DNA of 40,713 nt from Octopus bimaculoides (taxonomy: Eukaryota): positions 32,280,733-32,321,445 of the forward strand of contig NC_068981.1 of the NCBI RefSeq assembly GCF_001194135.2. The letters run 5' to 3'. Both the position numbers and the translations under genes were made by a program. Positions 1-11,185 of the stretch are shown one piece after another; position 1 is the stretch's first letter, and every line of letters starts with the position of its first letter. Under the pieces are notes generated by a model that saw only the letters and a list, made by a program, of their open reading frames with translations, did no database searches and had not been told where the DNA came from.

Positions 1-147
1 GTGTTCCTCGTCGACGCCCAGATTCTGCCTGAGATCGTCGTCGCACCTCCCCTCCACTAATCCTCTATAGAACGCTTTTGTGGAATCAAAGTTGCACAAG
101 ATTGGTCCCGGACGGCAGAGTTGCTTGAGAGCAACGCGACACTCGCG
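1..147 (-). mobile_element. Probable L1/Tx1-type LINE ORF2 fragment running out of the window
   Basis: Open minus-strand frame RECRVALKQLCRPGPILCNFDSTKAFYRGLVEGRCDDDLRQNLGVDEEH. It is GC-rich relative to the flanks and abuts a GATA array with no splice acceptor. Family call is from remembered similarity to Tx1-like ORF2 C-terminal regions. Confidence 0.4.
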
Positions 148-178
148 ATAGATAGATAGATAGATAGATCGATCGATC

Positions 179-237
<59 letters not shown>

Positions 238-247
238 GGATAGATAT
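148..247. repeat. (GATA)n microsatellite with a GATC interruption
   Basis: Direct reading. Confidence 0.97.
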
Positions 248-714
248 ACATATAGTAGTAATTTGTGTGCAAACAAATGTACGACTACTCCTCCACGTAG
301 ACTGTCATGCTGTAAATCTGCTTTTTGTATAGTTGTTAAATAACTTCCATACCTAAAAGTATTTCTAGTTATGGGCTACATAGCAATTGTAGTTAAGGCA
401 AGGATAAACGCAAGTTTATATTATAAGGTATCTATATTCATTTGGAACACACACACATAAACATCTATAGACAAATAGTCACATACATATTTATACACAT
501 ATATATACATGCATACATACGTGCATATATATATATATATATATATANNNNNNNNNNNNNNNNNNNNNNNNNNNNNNNNNNNNNNNNNNNNNNNNNNNNN
601 NNNNNNNNNNNNNNNNNNNNNNNNNNNNNNNNNNNNNNNNNNNNNNNNNNNNNNNNNNNNNNNNNNNNNNNNNNNNNNNNNNNNNNNNNNNNNNNNNNNN
701 NNNNNNNNNNNNNN

Positions 715-749
<35 letters not shown>

Positions 750-1113
750 ATGGGAGATGCTATGATGCTAGGCGTTTCCATTAATTTGTCCAATCCTTGT
801 ATGGCTAAGTCAAAATATACTGTTGTGTTTCGGTGATTTTATTTGTGACCGAGCATTTGTGCGATTGATTTTGATCAAATTACTGTTTTCGTGAGCAAGT
901 TTAGCTAAGTCACTGGTCCTGATTGTCTACCTATTTTTGGAACATTGTAATGTGTAATGAGAACATCTGATACCCTTTATTACAGTCAATAACAAAAAAT
1001 ACACAGAATAATAATCGAAATACGTACGCCAGCAGTTCTCTTGGATTAGCATACCTAAGTCCTTAAGCAACATATGGAAAAAATGATGGAATCGTAAACA
1101 GAATTCAATACAC

Positions 1114-1300
1114 TAAGATGGTGCGTGATAAGTCCTAGCCACTGTTAGAAAATCGATAGTGTAAAAGTATTGTAACAAGATATTCTATTGTTGCACGAGA
1201 ATAGCTGTCACCACATTGATGAAACTTTCAGGCGTCGATGTTTCGGGGTATGAAACACTTTGCTACACACATAGCACACACATCTTCAAACTTTTGCGCT
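1114..1300 (+). mobile_element. Solitary mariner-like terminal fragment
   Basis: TAAGATGGTGCGTGATAAGTCCTAGCC at 1114-1140 resembles Himar-type TIRs (TA...GCTGATAAGTCC). No partner TIR or transposase sequence found. Confidence 0.3.
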
Positions 1301-1984
1301 TTGAATAAGCATTTGTATGGACACATCAAAATATTCTGAAAGGCGGTTGTTTTGCTAGTGACTAAAACTTAAATAGAATACTTGAATAGTTTTCTATGAA
1401 CTGTGAATACAAAAACATAAATACAAATAAAATATATATATATAGAAATTCCGTCTTCGAACGAATGAAAACATGGTTAGCAAAACATTGGATGAAGCAT
1501 GTCGTAACAAAGACAAGCATTTAACAGTTACTAGATGCTTGCTTTTAGTGCAGTTGCTGATGGTTTTCAACAAATACATGATAAAAAAAAGGCAATTTTT
1601 TTTGGCAAACATTTATTGAATAGTAAAAGATAGAAATTAGTTTCATTTCAACCACATGATGTGGTTGATAATTGATATGTGCACACAGCTCGGAAATTCT
1701 AGGATAGTAACATCTTATAAGGTTAGTCATTGGAAAATACTGTAGAGGTTTTACGTGTTTAAAGAAGTCGCCATTGAAAGAACAATTCTACAGTAGCATA
1801 ACGACAAACTAAAGTGAAAACAAACATAAACATGTACACGCACGCGCGCGCGCACACTCAGACATACACACACGCACACATATACTCACACACACGTGGA
1901 GAGAGAAAGAAATAGAGACAGGGAATAGAATTCCTACTCTCTCTTTTGATATATATGTGCACATGTGTGTATGTATGAATCTTT

Positions 1985-2089
1985 GTATGTATGTATGTAC
2001 GTGTGTATGCTTGCAGGCATGTATGTATGTATGTATATGTGTGTGTGTACGTGCGTACGTATGTATGCATGTATGTATATGCAGGTATG

Positions 2090-2123
<34 letters not shown>

Positions 2124-2172
2124 TGTATGTATGTATGTATATATGCAGGCATGCACGTATGTATATATGTAT
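1985..2172. repeat. Imperfect (TATG)n/(TG)n microsatellite
   Basis: Direct reading; source of several spurious ORFs. Confidence 0.95.
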
Positions 2173-2317
2173 GTTATCCCATAGCTGAGACTCTGACAGT
2201 TGATATTACTCCGGTCAGAGCAGAATTCTGATCAATAGGTGCTAAGAGTACACAGTCCTCAAATCACTGAAAATCCTGAACCAGAGCCTAACTACCAGAC
2301 GCAGTTGTGAATCATAC

Positions 2318-3599
2318 TCAGGTCATCCCATAAGTTTTGTCCGATTTTACCTTTTTTAAAATTGAATGAAACTTAATAGTATTTTATAATGTCTAATGGA
2401 GTTAAAAATTATTTTTATGCATTTGTGTACATTTAAACTAATTAAATATTATTTTACAGAATAATAGAATTTAAACTTCTTTGATTAAAACCCTTTCTAA
2501 CATGGAAGTATCCAAAGAGCATTTCAGGCATATAATGCTTTATGAGTACAAAACAGGAATCTCTGCAGCCGAAGCGATTCAAAAGCATACACTCAGTTTA
2601 TGGGAAAGAATGCTTGAATTAAAGAACTTCCAGAAGATGGTTCGCAAAATGTATAAGTGGAAATTACAGCCTTGAAGATGAAGATCGAACAGGACGTCCA
2701 GTTGAGTTTGATGATCAGCTCCTTGAGACATTACTTGAAGAAAATCCTGCATTATCAGTTGAAGAATTGGCAATAAAGCTTAGTTCAAACCATACAACTG
2801 TTCATCGTCATCTTCAACAACCTGGAAAGGTTCCTAAACTTGGATAATGGGTGCCTCATGTATTGTCCGAAAGCAACCGCAAATCCCGAGTTGACATCTG
2901 CTCTTCTCTCCATTTTCGCGAACTCATTTCACCCTTTTTGGATAGATTTATGACTGGTGACGAAAAATGGATCTTCTGAAATCGAAATGCTAAACGTCGT
3001 AAACAGTGGCTTAGTAAAAAAGAAAAAGCTCAACCACAACCGAGAAGAGAACTTCATGGAAAAAAGATTCCTCTCTCTATCTGGTGAGATTGCAATTCAC
3101 TTTGAATTGTTACCACCTAATGCTACAATCAATGCTCACGTCTACTGTCAGCAATTATAGCGTTTGAACCAAGCTTTGAAGAAAAAGAAACCCGCTTTAG
3201 TGAATCGAAAATGAGTGATGTTTCATTAGGACAATGCGCGACCCTACACTGCAAAGATCACATCACTGAAGATCGAAGAGCTTGGTTAGGAAAAAATTCC
3301 TCATCCACCTTATTCTCCCGACTTTGCTCCTTCAGACTACCGTTTGTTTCGTAGTTTACAAAATCATTTGGGGGACATAACTTTTGCAAGCCAGGAGGAG
3401 GTTGAAAATGACATTTCAGAGTTCTTCGCTTTGAAACCAAAAGAGTTTAACATTGATGGGATTAAAAGCTTGTAAATAGATGAAAGAAAGTCAGATAATC
3501 AGGGAAAGTACATTGATGATTAAATTTCAATTAAATATAACCTTTTCATCACTTGTTTTCTTTATTCAAATTTCGGACAGAACTTATAGGATGACCTGA
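2318..3599 (+). mobile_element. Full-length (about 1.28 kb) decayed mariner element with both TIRs
   Basis: Left TIR TCAGGTCATCCCATAAGTTTTGTCCGA at 2318. Right TIR (reverse complement) TCAGGTCATCCTATAAGTTCTGTCCGA ends at 3599 and is followed by TA. Transposase relic inside. Confidence 0.95.
2502..3523 (+). pseudogene. Mariner D,D34D transposase pseudogene
   Basis: Starts MEVSKEHFRHIMLYEYKTG. Motifs WVPHVL, MTGDEKWI, H*DNARPYTA and HPPYSPDFAPSDY, with 34 residues between the 2nd and 3rd Asp. Ends DNQGKYIDD*. Multiple stops and frameshifts. Confidence 0.95.
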
Positions 3600-3881
3600 T
3601 ATATAAAGGCACCGTCGCAATTAAACATGTAAAATGACTATAAAAACATAAGGATAATCCGTCTGAGCACGGAATACACTTGGTTCGTCTCTGGGTGCAC
3701 AGTAAACCGATCTGGTATGAATGACCCCTCACTTTTCTTGGTCAATATTTGGAGAGGAAGGCTAAGGTAACACAACTAACACCAGTATTTCACTGGTACT
3801 TTGTTTTATAAACCTGAGTATGACTTTAAACTGCATGTACAGAAAGAGTTATGGTGCTAGAATAGAGCAACATGTGCATAC

Positions 3882-3984
3882 CTGGCCAGTTGGAATTGCA
3901 CAAATTTTGTCAGTCCCATATGCCCGAAAGTATGCAGATTGAATAATCATCCAGGAGGTCATGGACGGAAAGTCAGAAGTCTTA
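3882..3984 (-). CDS. Candidate 103-nt internal exon of an unidentified gene
   Basis: Acceptor GCTTCCTCTTTGTCAG| and donor CAG|GTATGC. One open frame: KTSDFPSMTSWMIIQSAYFRAYGTDKICAIPTGQ (phase 2 to 0). No homolog recognised. Confidence 0.3.
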
Positions 3985-4497
3985 CTGACAAAGAGGAAGC
4001 ATATAAATACGGTAACCATATGTGAAGATGGAGCAAACACTATGTGTGATCGTATGTTGATATGTATGCATACATGTACACGCGTATAGTTTCCATGCAC
4101 GCATATACATATATGTGAGCACATATACTCACATTAGCATGCATGGATATCATTGAATTGTGCATCTAATTACATGCCAAACTTCTTGAACACCTTTTCC
4201 TATTTTGACAGTATCTTTGATAGCTCATAGCTGTAATCTCTTGATCAGCCTTGTTCTTTTGTGAAACCCTGCTTTTCAGCGTTTTAGTCACGTAAGGCGA
4301 TTAGTCACGTAATCGAGAGTTCCTATAATTATAGTTGGAAAATGAAAGCTATATTCCGGATAGAGTAACTTACTCATCAGCTGTGTATAGATAGTTTGTG
4401 TGTTTTTTTTTTTACACTAATCTATAATGTTATGTTGACATTTGTTGAGCATCTGATTTCTGCTATGCATAATTTATTTCCTTTGAGTGTACATATG

Positions 4498-5385
4498 TAC
4501 GTGATTGTATTAAAAACTTCCTCGACTATTTATGTTTAATAAAAAGGAACTTATTTATTTAAGTTTTAACGTCATCTCCTTCGAAATAGTCACCTTATGC
4601 AGCAATATACCGGTCCCAGCGATCCTGCAACTTTTGGAACCGAGCCTGGAAGTCATTTTCCTTAAGCGAATCGAGGACCGACCTTCTGCTATTTGTTCTG
4701 GATCTCCACAACGGTGTTAAAACGGCGACCTTTGGGCTGATTTTTCATCTTAGTGAATAGATGAAAAGCTGGCGAATAGAGCGGGTGACGAAATGAGACT
4801 ATGTTACTTTTTTTTTTGCGAGAAATTCACGAGTGAGGAGAACTCGGTGACAAGGTGCATTGTCGGCGTAAGGAATCCAGTTCTTCGAGCTCCACAGACC
4901 TAGTCGCTTTCCCTCAATTGCTTTAAAATGTTTTTATTGTCCTTCGCCGTTCCTTATGCACATTTCCAGGGGTGACGCTCGTAGCAGGTGTTCCAGATCG
5001 CTCATCATCTTCCAGGAACGTTCTTTTGAAGCACCCGTGAAGCTTTCAAGCTCTTGAAGATTTTGAGCGCCCGTGCCATTCGCATCATTGCGTACGATCC
5101 ACTACCTCGTCGCCATAAGCTTGCCGAACCATATACAAAGTTTAACCCCAAATCTCACGTTGGCTTTTTGTTACAATTTACTACTCATGACAAAAATCGC
5201 AAACTACAGCATACACATAATCACAAAGACACAAATTTCATAACTTGCGAAGCAAAGACAGCAATGTCCTTCGGCACACTACCTCATGACGGTCACTGCT
5301 AGCTCTCACTGTGCATACAATGATGTGCTGCTATCCGTTGGCGCGCTACAGAACTAGTCTGGGTACCTTTTGATAACACTTCGTA
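4498..5385 (-). mobile_element. Internally deleted mariner element (about 0.89 kb), second lineage
   Basis: Degenerate TIRs with outward TA, about 20 of 31 identical (TACGTGATTGTATTAAAAACTTCCTCGACTA vs TACGAAGTGTTATCAAAAGGTACCCAGACTA). Minus-strand remnants MVRQAYGDEV, LEDDERSGTPATSVTPGNV, DNAP, LFTKMKNQPKGRRFNTVVEI and FQKLQDRWDRYIAA*GDYFEGD. Confidence 0.88.
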
Positions 5386-5426
5386 ACACATTGATAACAC
5401 TTGCAAGTATGTATGTATTAAGGTAA

Positions 5427-5560
5427 AAGGCGGTGAGGACGCACAATCGTTAGTGGATCGGACGAAATGCTTTGTGACTTTTCTTCCGGCTATTTATCTT
5501 TTAAGTTCAAATCGCACAGGGGTCGAATTTGCTTTTCATCCTTTTGTGGCCAATAAAATG
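5427..5560 (+). mobile_element. SINE family A, degenerate 5' part
   Basis: AAGGCGGTGAG...AATCGTTAG...GTTCAAATC...CTTTTCATCCTTT matches the other family-A copies in the window. Confidence 0.7.
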
Positions 5561-5574
5561 CTAGTCAATCTTTT

Positions 5575-5690
5575 ATCTTTTATTTGTTTCAGTCATTAGA
5601 CTGAAGCCTTGCTGGGACTTTGCATTGAAGAAGATTATTTCAACGAAACGATCCTAGTACTTAGTTTTTAAAAGCTACGACAAATGCTCA
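5575..5690 (-). mobile_element. SINE family B, 3' fragment
   Basis: TTTGTTTCAGTCATTAGACTGAAGCCTTGCTGG matches the copy at 11840. Confidence 0.6.
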
Positions 5691-5719
5691 TGGACAATTA
5701 TAGAGTGAATTTTTAGGGT

Positions 5720-5916
5720 TTATAAATCTAATTTTTTTCTATCCTTCCTTAATACCGGTTCCCATATGCTGCTCATATCTGCACTCGGTCTCCTTAGGAG
5801 GTTGTTGTGTCTTAGCATATGTGCAGTTTCTTTTAGCTTTCGTATTTTCAGTGATGTTCTCTGTCTTTTATTTTAACTTCATCCCACAGGGGAAGGTGGT
5901 CTCGTTTCAATTTCCA
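5720..5916 (-). mobile_element. Penelope-like element GIY-YIG endonuclease C-terminus (relic)
   Basis: With one 1-nt frameshift it reads DHLPLWDEVKIKDREHHWKIRKLKETAHMLRHNNLLRRPSADMSSIWEPVLRKDRKKLDL*, the typical PLE ORF terminus pattern. Confidence 0.7.
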
Positions 5917-6205
5917 TCAGTTCTACTTTATTTTTTTCTGTCGCAATTACTTTATACGTAATCGTTTTCCTTTCCATTTTTCCATTATTTTTTGTGGAGG
6001 CGACAGCTTTACTTCTCCACCCACTTTCGTTGCCATTTTCTGATAATCTATCATTTTCGTTAGGTCTACTTCACAAGTTTTAATTCCTGTTATTTTCGCA
6101 AAGCTCTTTTTCTCCTCCATTTTTTTAGATCGCCTTTGCCAGCTCATCTTCCGACGTTGATGAGAATGACCCACTCAGGTCAGAATAAAACATAGTTTTA
6201 GCCAT
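5900..6205 (-). pseudogene. Unassigned TE-like ORF N-terminal relic (possibly LINE ORF1)
   Basis: With two frameshifts it reads MAKTMFYSDLSGSFSSTSEDELAKAI-KMEEKKSFAKITGIKTCEVDLTKMIDYQKMATKVGGEVKLSPPQKIMEKWKGK-TITYKVIATEKNKVELMEIETRPPSP. Family not recognised. Confidence 0.3.
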
Positions 6206-7855
6206 TTGGCCTAGCTAATTCTCCTTAATACAGAGAAAAAGCCCTACCGTCAAAAACCGCTGCAAAGCAGCACTAAAGTTTCAAACAAAAAGCAAATCAC
6301 CAATGACACGCACTGATTAGACTTTGGGATCGATCAGGTAAGAATTCTGGATTATTTTTCCAGTTTTTTTAACTTAAGTTTTGAGAGCGGTCGGGTTCAT
6401 TTTTAGTATTCTCGTTTGTGAGAGCATTCGAGTTTATTTCAGATATTCTCATTTTAAAAATCATCCCCGGCTAATCGTTCAGAGGACGTTGGTGTTGCCG
6501 TGAGTCCTCTTGTTTTATTTACTTTGCTTTTATTATACTTTCCAGCATTAATTTGTTTCTGTTTTTTTTTTTATTTTAAGAAATTAATTGCTGCCTATTT
6601 GTAAATTCGACCTATGTTGCTGAAATATGTATTTTTCCAATGTGTTTGGCATTTGACGATACTGCCACAACTAACTCTAATAGGTAGCTAGCTTCAAGAT
6701 CTTAATCGAAATTTGTAAATCTATACTTTTCGTTTGAAATTTATTGAGTTCTGCATTGGTTGTGATTCTATCAATCGTTTCGTGAAGGCTACTACAAACC
6801 CACACACATATTTATGTACGCATGCTTGCATGTATGGATAGATAGATAAATAGATAGATAGATAGATGTGACTAAGTATGAGAGAAAGGGAGCGAAGGAA
6901 AAGGGAAAGGAAAGAGGTAAATAAATAGATAGAGTGATAGGTAAGTAAGCAGAAATCATTTTCTTATTCGGTTCTACATGTAATTGCGACTATTATGCAT
7001 AATTTCTGATATTATAGGTTCAACTACTTTGTACAACACTGTCTTCAAAATTTTACTTTCAAACAACACATGCCAACTACTTTCAAAGTTACTCCATGTA
7101 CAAAATTAAACAGATACAAGCTTTCCCTACACACACACACACACACACACACACCATCTACATTAATACATAAGTTCAGAGGTTAACAAATCTCTTTGAT
7201 GATTTTGGACTCCTCTGAACATCATATGAAAGCACCTAAGACTAAATGTTAGAAATAGTTTTATAAATTGCAACACATTAATAACTTAAATATTTAGCTG
7301 TAAAATATTTATTAATTTATTTGGCTAGTGTATACACTTATTCCTACTAGGAAGGCACCTTATATGTGTGTGTCTGTATACATACATATATACGTAAATA
7401 TATATAGATATGCGTGTATATATATGTATGAGCGTGTACACACACACCCACATATATATATATATATATTCGCGCTAGAGATACCAGTACTTATTATATA
7501 TGTAACATACGTAATATATTTCTATGTGTGTGAATGTGTGCGTGCCTTTCTTTCTCTCTCCCTCTTTCTCCCCTCTCTCTCTCTCTCTCTCTCTCTGCAC
7601 TAACTCATTTATTTGAATATCAGGAGAATAAATGTAAATGCTTAATGACTGAAAGTTGTAAAACACAGCCTGCGTAATATTCTAGATTATGAACGTGTTA
7701 TGTGAAATACCTGGGGAGAAACTCTTCAAGTGTGTGAGATGAGAAAGCCTGTGTATGTGCATTTCAATTGATGTGTGATACGAGCACACACATCTAATCG
7801 TCTCCATATATAGGAATATCGGCTCCCCTCTACAACTCCCTCTTTTCACTATATA

Positions 7856-7886
<31 letters not shown>

Positions 7887-9212
7887 NNNNNNNNNNNNNN
7901 NNNNNNNNNNNNNNNNNNNNNNNNNNNNNNNNNNNNNNNNNNNNNNNNNNNNNNNNNNNNNNNNNNNNNNNNNNNNNNNNNNNNNNNNNNNNNNNNNNNN
8001 NNNNNNNNNNNNNNNNNNNNNNNNNNNNNNNNNNNNNNNNNNNNNNNNNNNNNNNNNNNNNNNNNNNNNNNNNNNNNNNNNNNNNNNNNNNNNNNNNNNN
8101 NNNNNNNNNNNNNNNNNNNNNNNNNNNNNNNNNNNNNNNNNNNNNNNNATATATATATATATATATATACATATATTATATATGTGTAATGTAAGTGACT
8201 GGACAGTCGAAATTATTAGTGAAATCAATGCAACGTGTATACAAGTATGTAGTAAGCAAGCAAGAACTAGAATCTAGTGAAAACTCGCAGGCAGTATTGT
8301 GAAAAAGGTGTAAGATTATTTAATAACGGTTAGTGGCATCGTACACGACAAATGCTTTACATTGTTTCGCCCTGCAGCAATGATCACTGGTTGACCTCGT
8401 CCGTTAAACTCTAATGGTTGGCTTCTGGTTAGTTTTCTGCTTCAACAAGCTTCAATAATGACCAGCTATGACCTTCAATATTTTACAGACATTGATGTGC
8501 ATGTGCATGTTCATGTGGGTGTATATGAATTGATGTGTGAGAGTGTAGAAATGCGAGTGTGACAGTATATGTGTATGTTAGAAAACGAGTTAATACGCCC
8601 ATAGTGAAGATCGATCCCTTGCAGGTCATATTGCTAACACTTGATGGATGTTCTACTGACTAGAGGCGATTTTGCATTATGTAGTAGTAGTCGTAGTTAC
8701 AATTGTGCTAGTCATGTTCATAGTATTATATTAAGACACAACATTTCTAATTGGGTTTCGCTTTTTGTTTTTACATGAATGATTTCAAGCCCAGGGTGTG
8801 CAAAACGATTCTAACTCACTCTCTCTTATCTCTCTTTCTGTATTTACCAACTGTATATAATAGCTGATCACTTGACCGTTGCTAGAGCCAAAATAGGAGA
8901 GGAAAGCCATCAACCCAATGTCATGATATCAACGTTACTTGAATGTTTAGCTTGATCAGTTCCAGGTCAGCATGGGAGCGGAGAAACTTTATAAACAGCT
9001 AACAAGCTCACTAAGCACCATGTAAAATTTGTTAACATTTGCCTGACCTCCTATCAATCATCGTCATTAATAAAATTTTTACTTTACTTCACATTAGTGA
9101 TTTACGTTATATTTCCTAAATAAAAGACTCACCTTTTCTGTCACTTTTCTTACACGTATTAACAACACACTGTCCACTCTGATTACGATATTTTCTTACA
9201 CAATTTGAGATT

Positions 9213-9249
<37 letters not shown>

Positions 9250-9684
9250 GTCATCATCTCCATCACCACCGCCACAACTACAAAAATAATCATTATTATA
9301 CTGATAATTATATTTAAAAAATTATAGGCTGGACGGATATAGCACTAAAACCTTTGGAAATTTTCTCGGCCAAGACTAAATCATGGCTAACGAAATAGCT
9401 TTCTGGACTCTAAGCTTATTTATGGTACAAAAAAAAAAACATTAAATCTGAATTTTCTGAAACTAAGTAATCTAATACAACTGAAAGTGATGCTTTAAAT
9501 TCAAGAATTACCAAATTAATGAGAATACTTCTATTGTTAAAAAGTATATTTATGTACCCACTCCCCAGAAATATATCCTTGTGGAAAGATTTCTCCATAT
9601 GTATCTAAAGTCCTTGCAATGTGCGTGTAGTTTTCCCCATTTCTACTTATCTGGCTGTTACGCCACTTCGGCTATGTTTTACAC

Positions 9685-9870
9685 TTTCACGAAATTCAAA
9701 AGTCGGCATTACTTGGAACTGCACACATATTGCGTAAGGTACGATCTATCTGAGGTCCTTGTTGTGACTTGATAAACAGTACAAATCCCCGGTAGACACA
9801 ATATCTTCAATCAACAACCTCACGATATCCTATATTGTGCGACATCTGTAATAATAATAATAATAATAAT
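9685..9870 (+). mobile_element. R4/Dong-like LINE 3' end, heavily 5'-truncated, with (TAA)n tail
   Basis: EIQKSALLGTAHILRKVRSI* (9691-9753), about 95 nt of 3'UTR, then (TAA)7 ending at 9870. Confidence 0.85.
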
Positions 9871-10068
9871 ACACGTACAACAAAATAAGCAGTGGGCTAG
9901 TAGACAGACATGTGTGAAGTAACGCAAAGGAGAAATGAAAGATGTCCTAAAGGACTAATCAAACACAGGAGAAAGGTAGGGCGAGAAGCAGAGAGAAGTG
10001 TAGCCGATCAAGTCGAGTGCTTCGCGGCCCACACCTCCTATTATGATTATTGTCATTATTATTATTAT

Positions 10069-10299
10069 GAAGAAAGCGCAACATGGCAGAATCGTTAGCA
10101 CGCCTGGCTAAATGCTTGGCAGTATTTCGTTTGTCACTACGTTCTGAATTCAAGTTCCGCCGAGGTTAACTTTGACTTTTATCATTTCGATGTCGATTAA
10201 ATAAGTACCATTTATGCACTGGGGTCGATGTAATCGAGTTGATCCCTTCCCTCAGATTTCTGGCCTTGTACCGACAGTAGAAAGGATTATTATTATTAT
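10069..10299 (+). mobile_element. SINE family A, full-length, (ATT)n tail
   Basis: A-box-like TGGCAGAATCG, B-box-like GAATTCAAGTTCC, tail AGTAGAAAGG(ATT)n. Confidence 0.9.
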
Positions 10300-10534
10300 G
10301 AAGACGGCGGCGAGCCAGCAGAATCGTTAGCACGTCGAGCGAAATGTGTAGCGGTATTTCGTCCGTCTTTATGTTCTGAGTTCAAATTATGCCGGCGTCT
10401 TCTTAGCCTTTCATCCTTTCTGGGTCGATAAAATAAGTACCAGTTGAGCACTGAGATTGATGCAATCCACTAGTCCCCTCCCTCAAAATTTCAGGCCTTG
10501 TGCCTTTAGTAGAAAGGATTATTAATATTATTAT
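10300..10534 (+). mobile_element. SINE family A, full-length, directly in tandem with the previous copy
   Basis: GGCGGCGAGCCAGCAGAATCGTTAGC...GAGTTCAAATT...AGTAGAAAGGATTATT. Confidence 0.9.
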
Positions 10535-10744
10535 CTAGTAGCAGTACTTGTAGGTCATAGTGGTGGTGGTGGTGCTGCTGCTGGTAGTGGTGTGGAGGAG
10601 CAGGAAATGTCAGTACAATGCTGGATAATAGTGCTTTCTTAATATGTATAACAGACTCGTTATGGTAAGCATTCTTTTGCCGGTAGAGATTACTTATATT
10701 TCATCTTTCCGAGTTCGTTAAATTCAAATGAGAATAGAAACTTG

Positions 10745-10947
10745 CTTTCAAATTTTGAAATCATGCCAGAAATTTCGGCGGAGAGCGTAATTTTATAACA
10801 TCGATCGCAATGCTCAATTTGTACATAATTTATTAACCCCCGAAGAGATGAAAAGCAAAGTTGACCTCAGCGGGATTTGAACCCAGAACGTAAAGACGGA
10901 TGGAATGTCGCAAAGCATTTTGTCCGGCGTGCTAACGATTCTGCCAG
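10745..10947 (-). mobile_element. SINE family A
   Basis: Reverse complement CTGGCAGAATCGTTAGCACGCCGGACAAAATGC...GGGTTCAAATCCCGCTGAGG. Confidence 0.88.
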
Positions 10948-11059
10948 TTAAAATTCTGTCTTAACTAAGAATGGAATACTGTGACCGATTTAATTGTCTC
11001 AACCATTCCCAATATATCACTAGTTGTGTAGCTTTACAAAAATCAATCATTATACGAAG

Positions 11060-11185
11060 GGCAGTGGGATGCTAGAAGCAGCGACCGTCAAAAATGCTCT
11101 ATAGTGTTAATTTCTGTCTTTAGTTCAAATCCTGGAATCAATTTTGTCTTTTATCCTTCCGGAGTCAATAAAATAGCTACAAATA
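11060..11185 (+). mobile_element. Very degenerate SINE family A fragment
   Basis: AGTTCAAATCC...TTTTATCCTTCCGGAGTCAATAAAAT. Confidence 0.5.

Noticed and set aside
442-793. Long ORFs made of YI/HT/CV repeats and X (also at 7.8, 26.6-27.3, 28.4-30.3, 34.0-34.5, 36.7-37.6 and 38.8-39.2 kb)
   Set aside because: They arise from TA/CA/ATT microsatellites and N-runs lacking stops; no coding signal.
8350-8395. Hammerhead-like GGGCGAAAC on the minus strand; also CTGATGA hits near 4376, 21050 and 40013
   Set aside because: The catalytic core is incomplete (no CUGAnGA paired with a correctly placed GAAA) and stem I does not form.
9132-9210. Strong minus-strand donor AAG|GTGAGT with a short Cys-containing frame
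   Set aside because: The surrounding sequence looks like an interspersed repeat I recall from octopus DNA, and there is no good acceptor.
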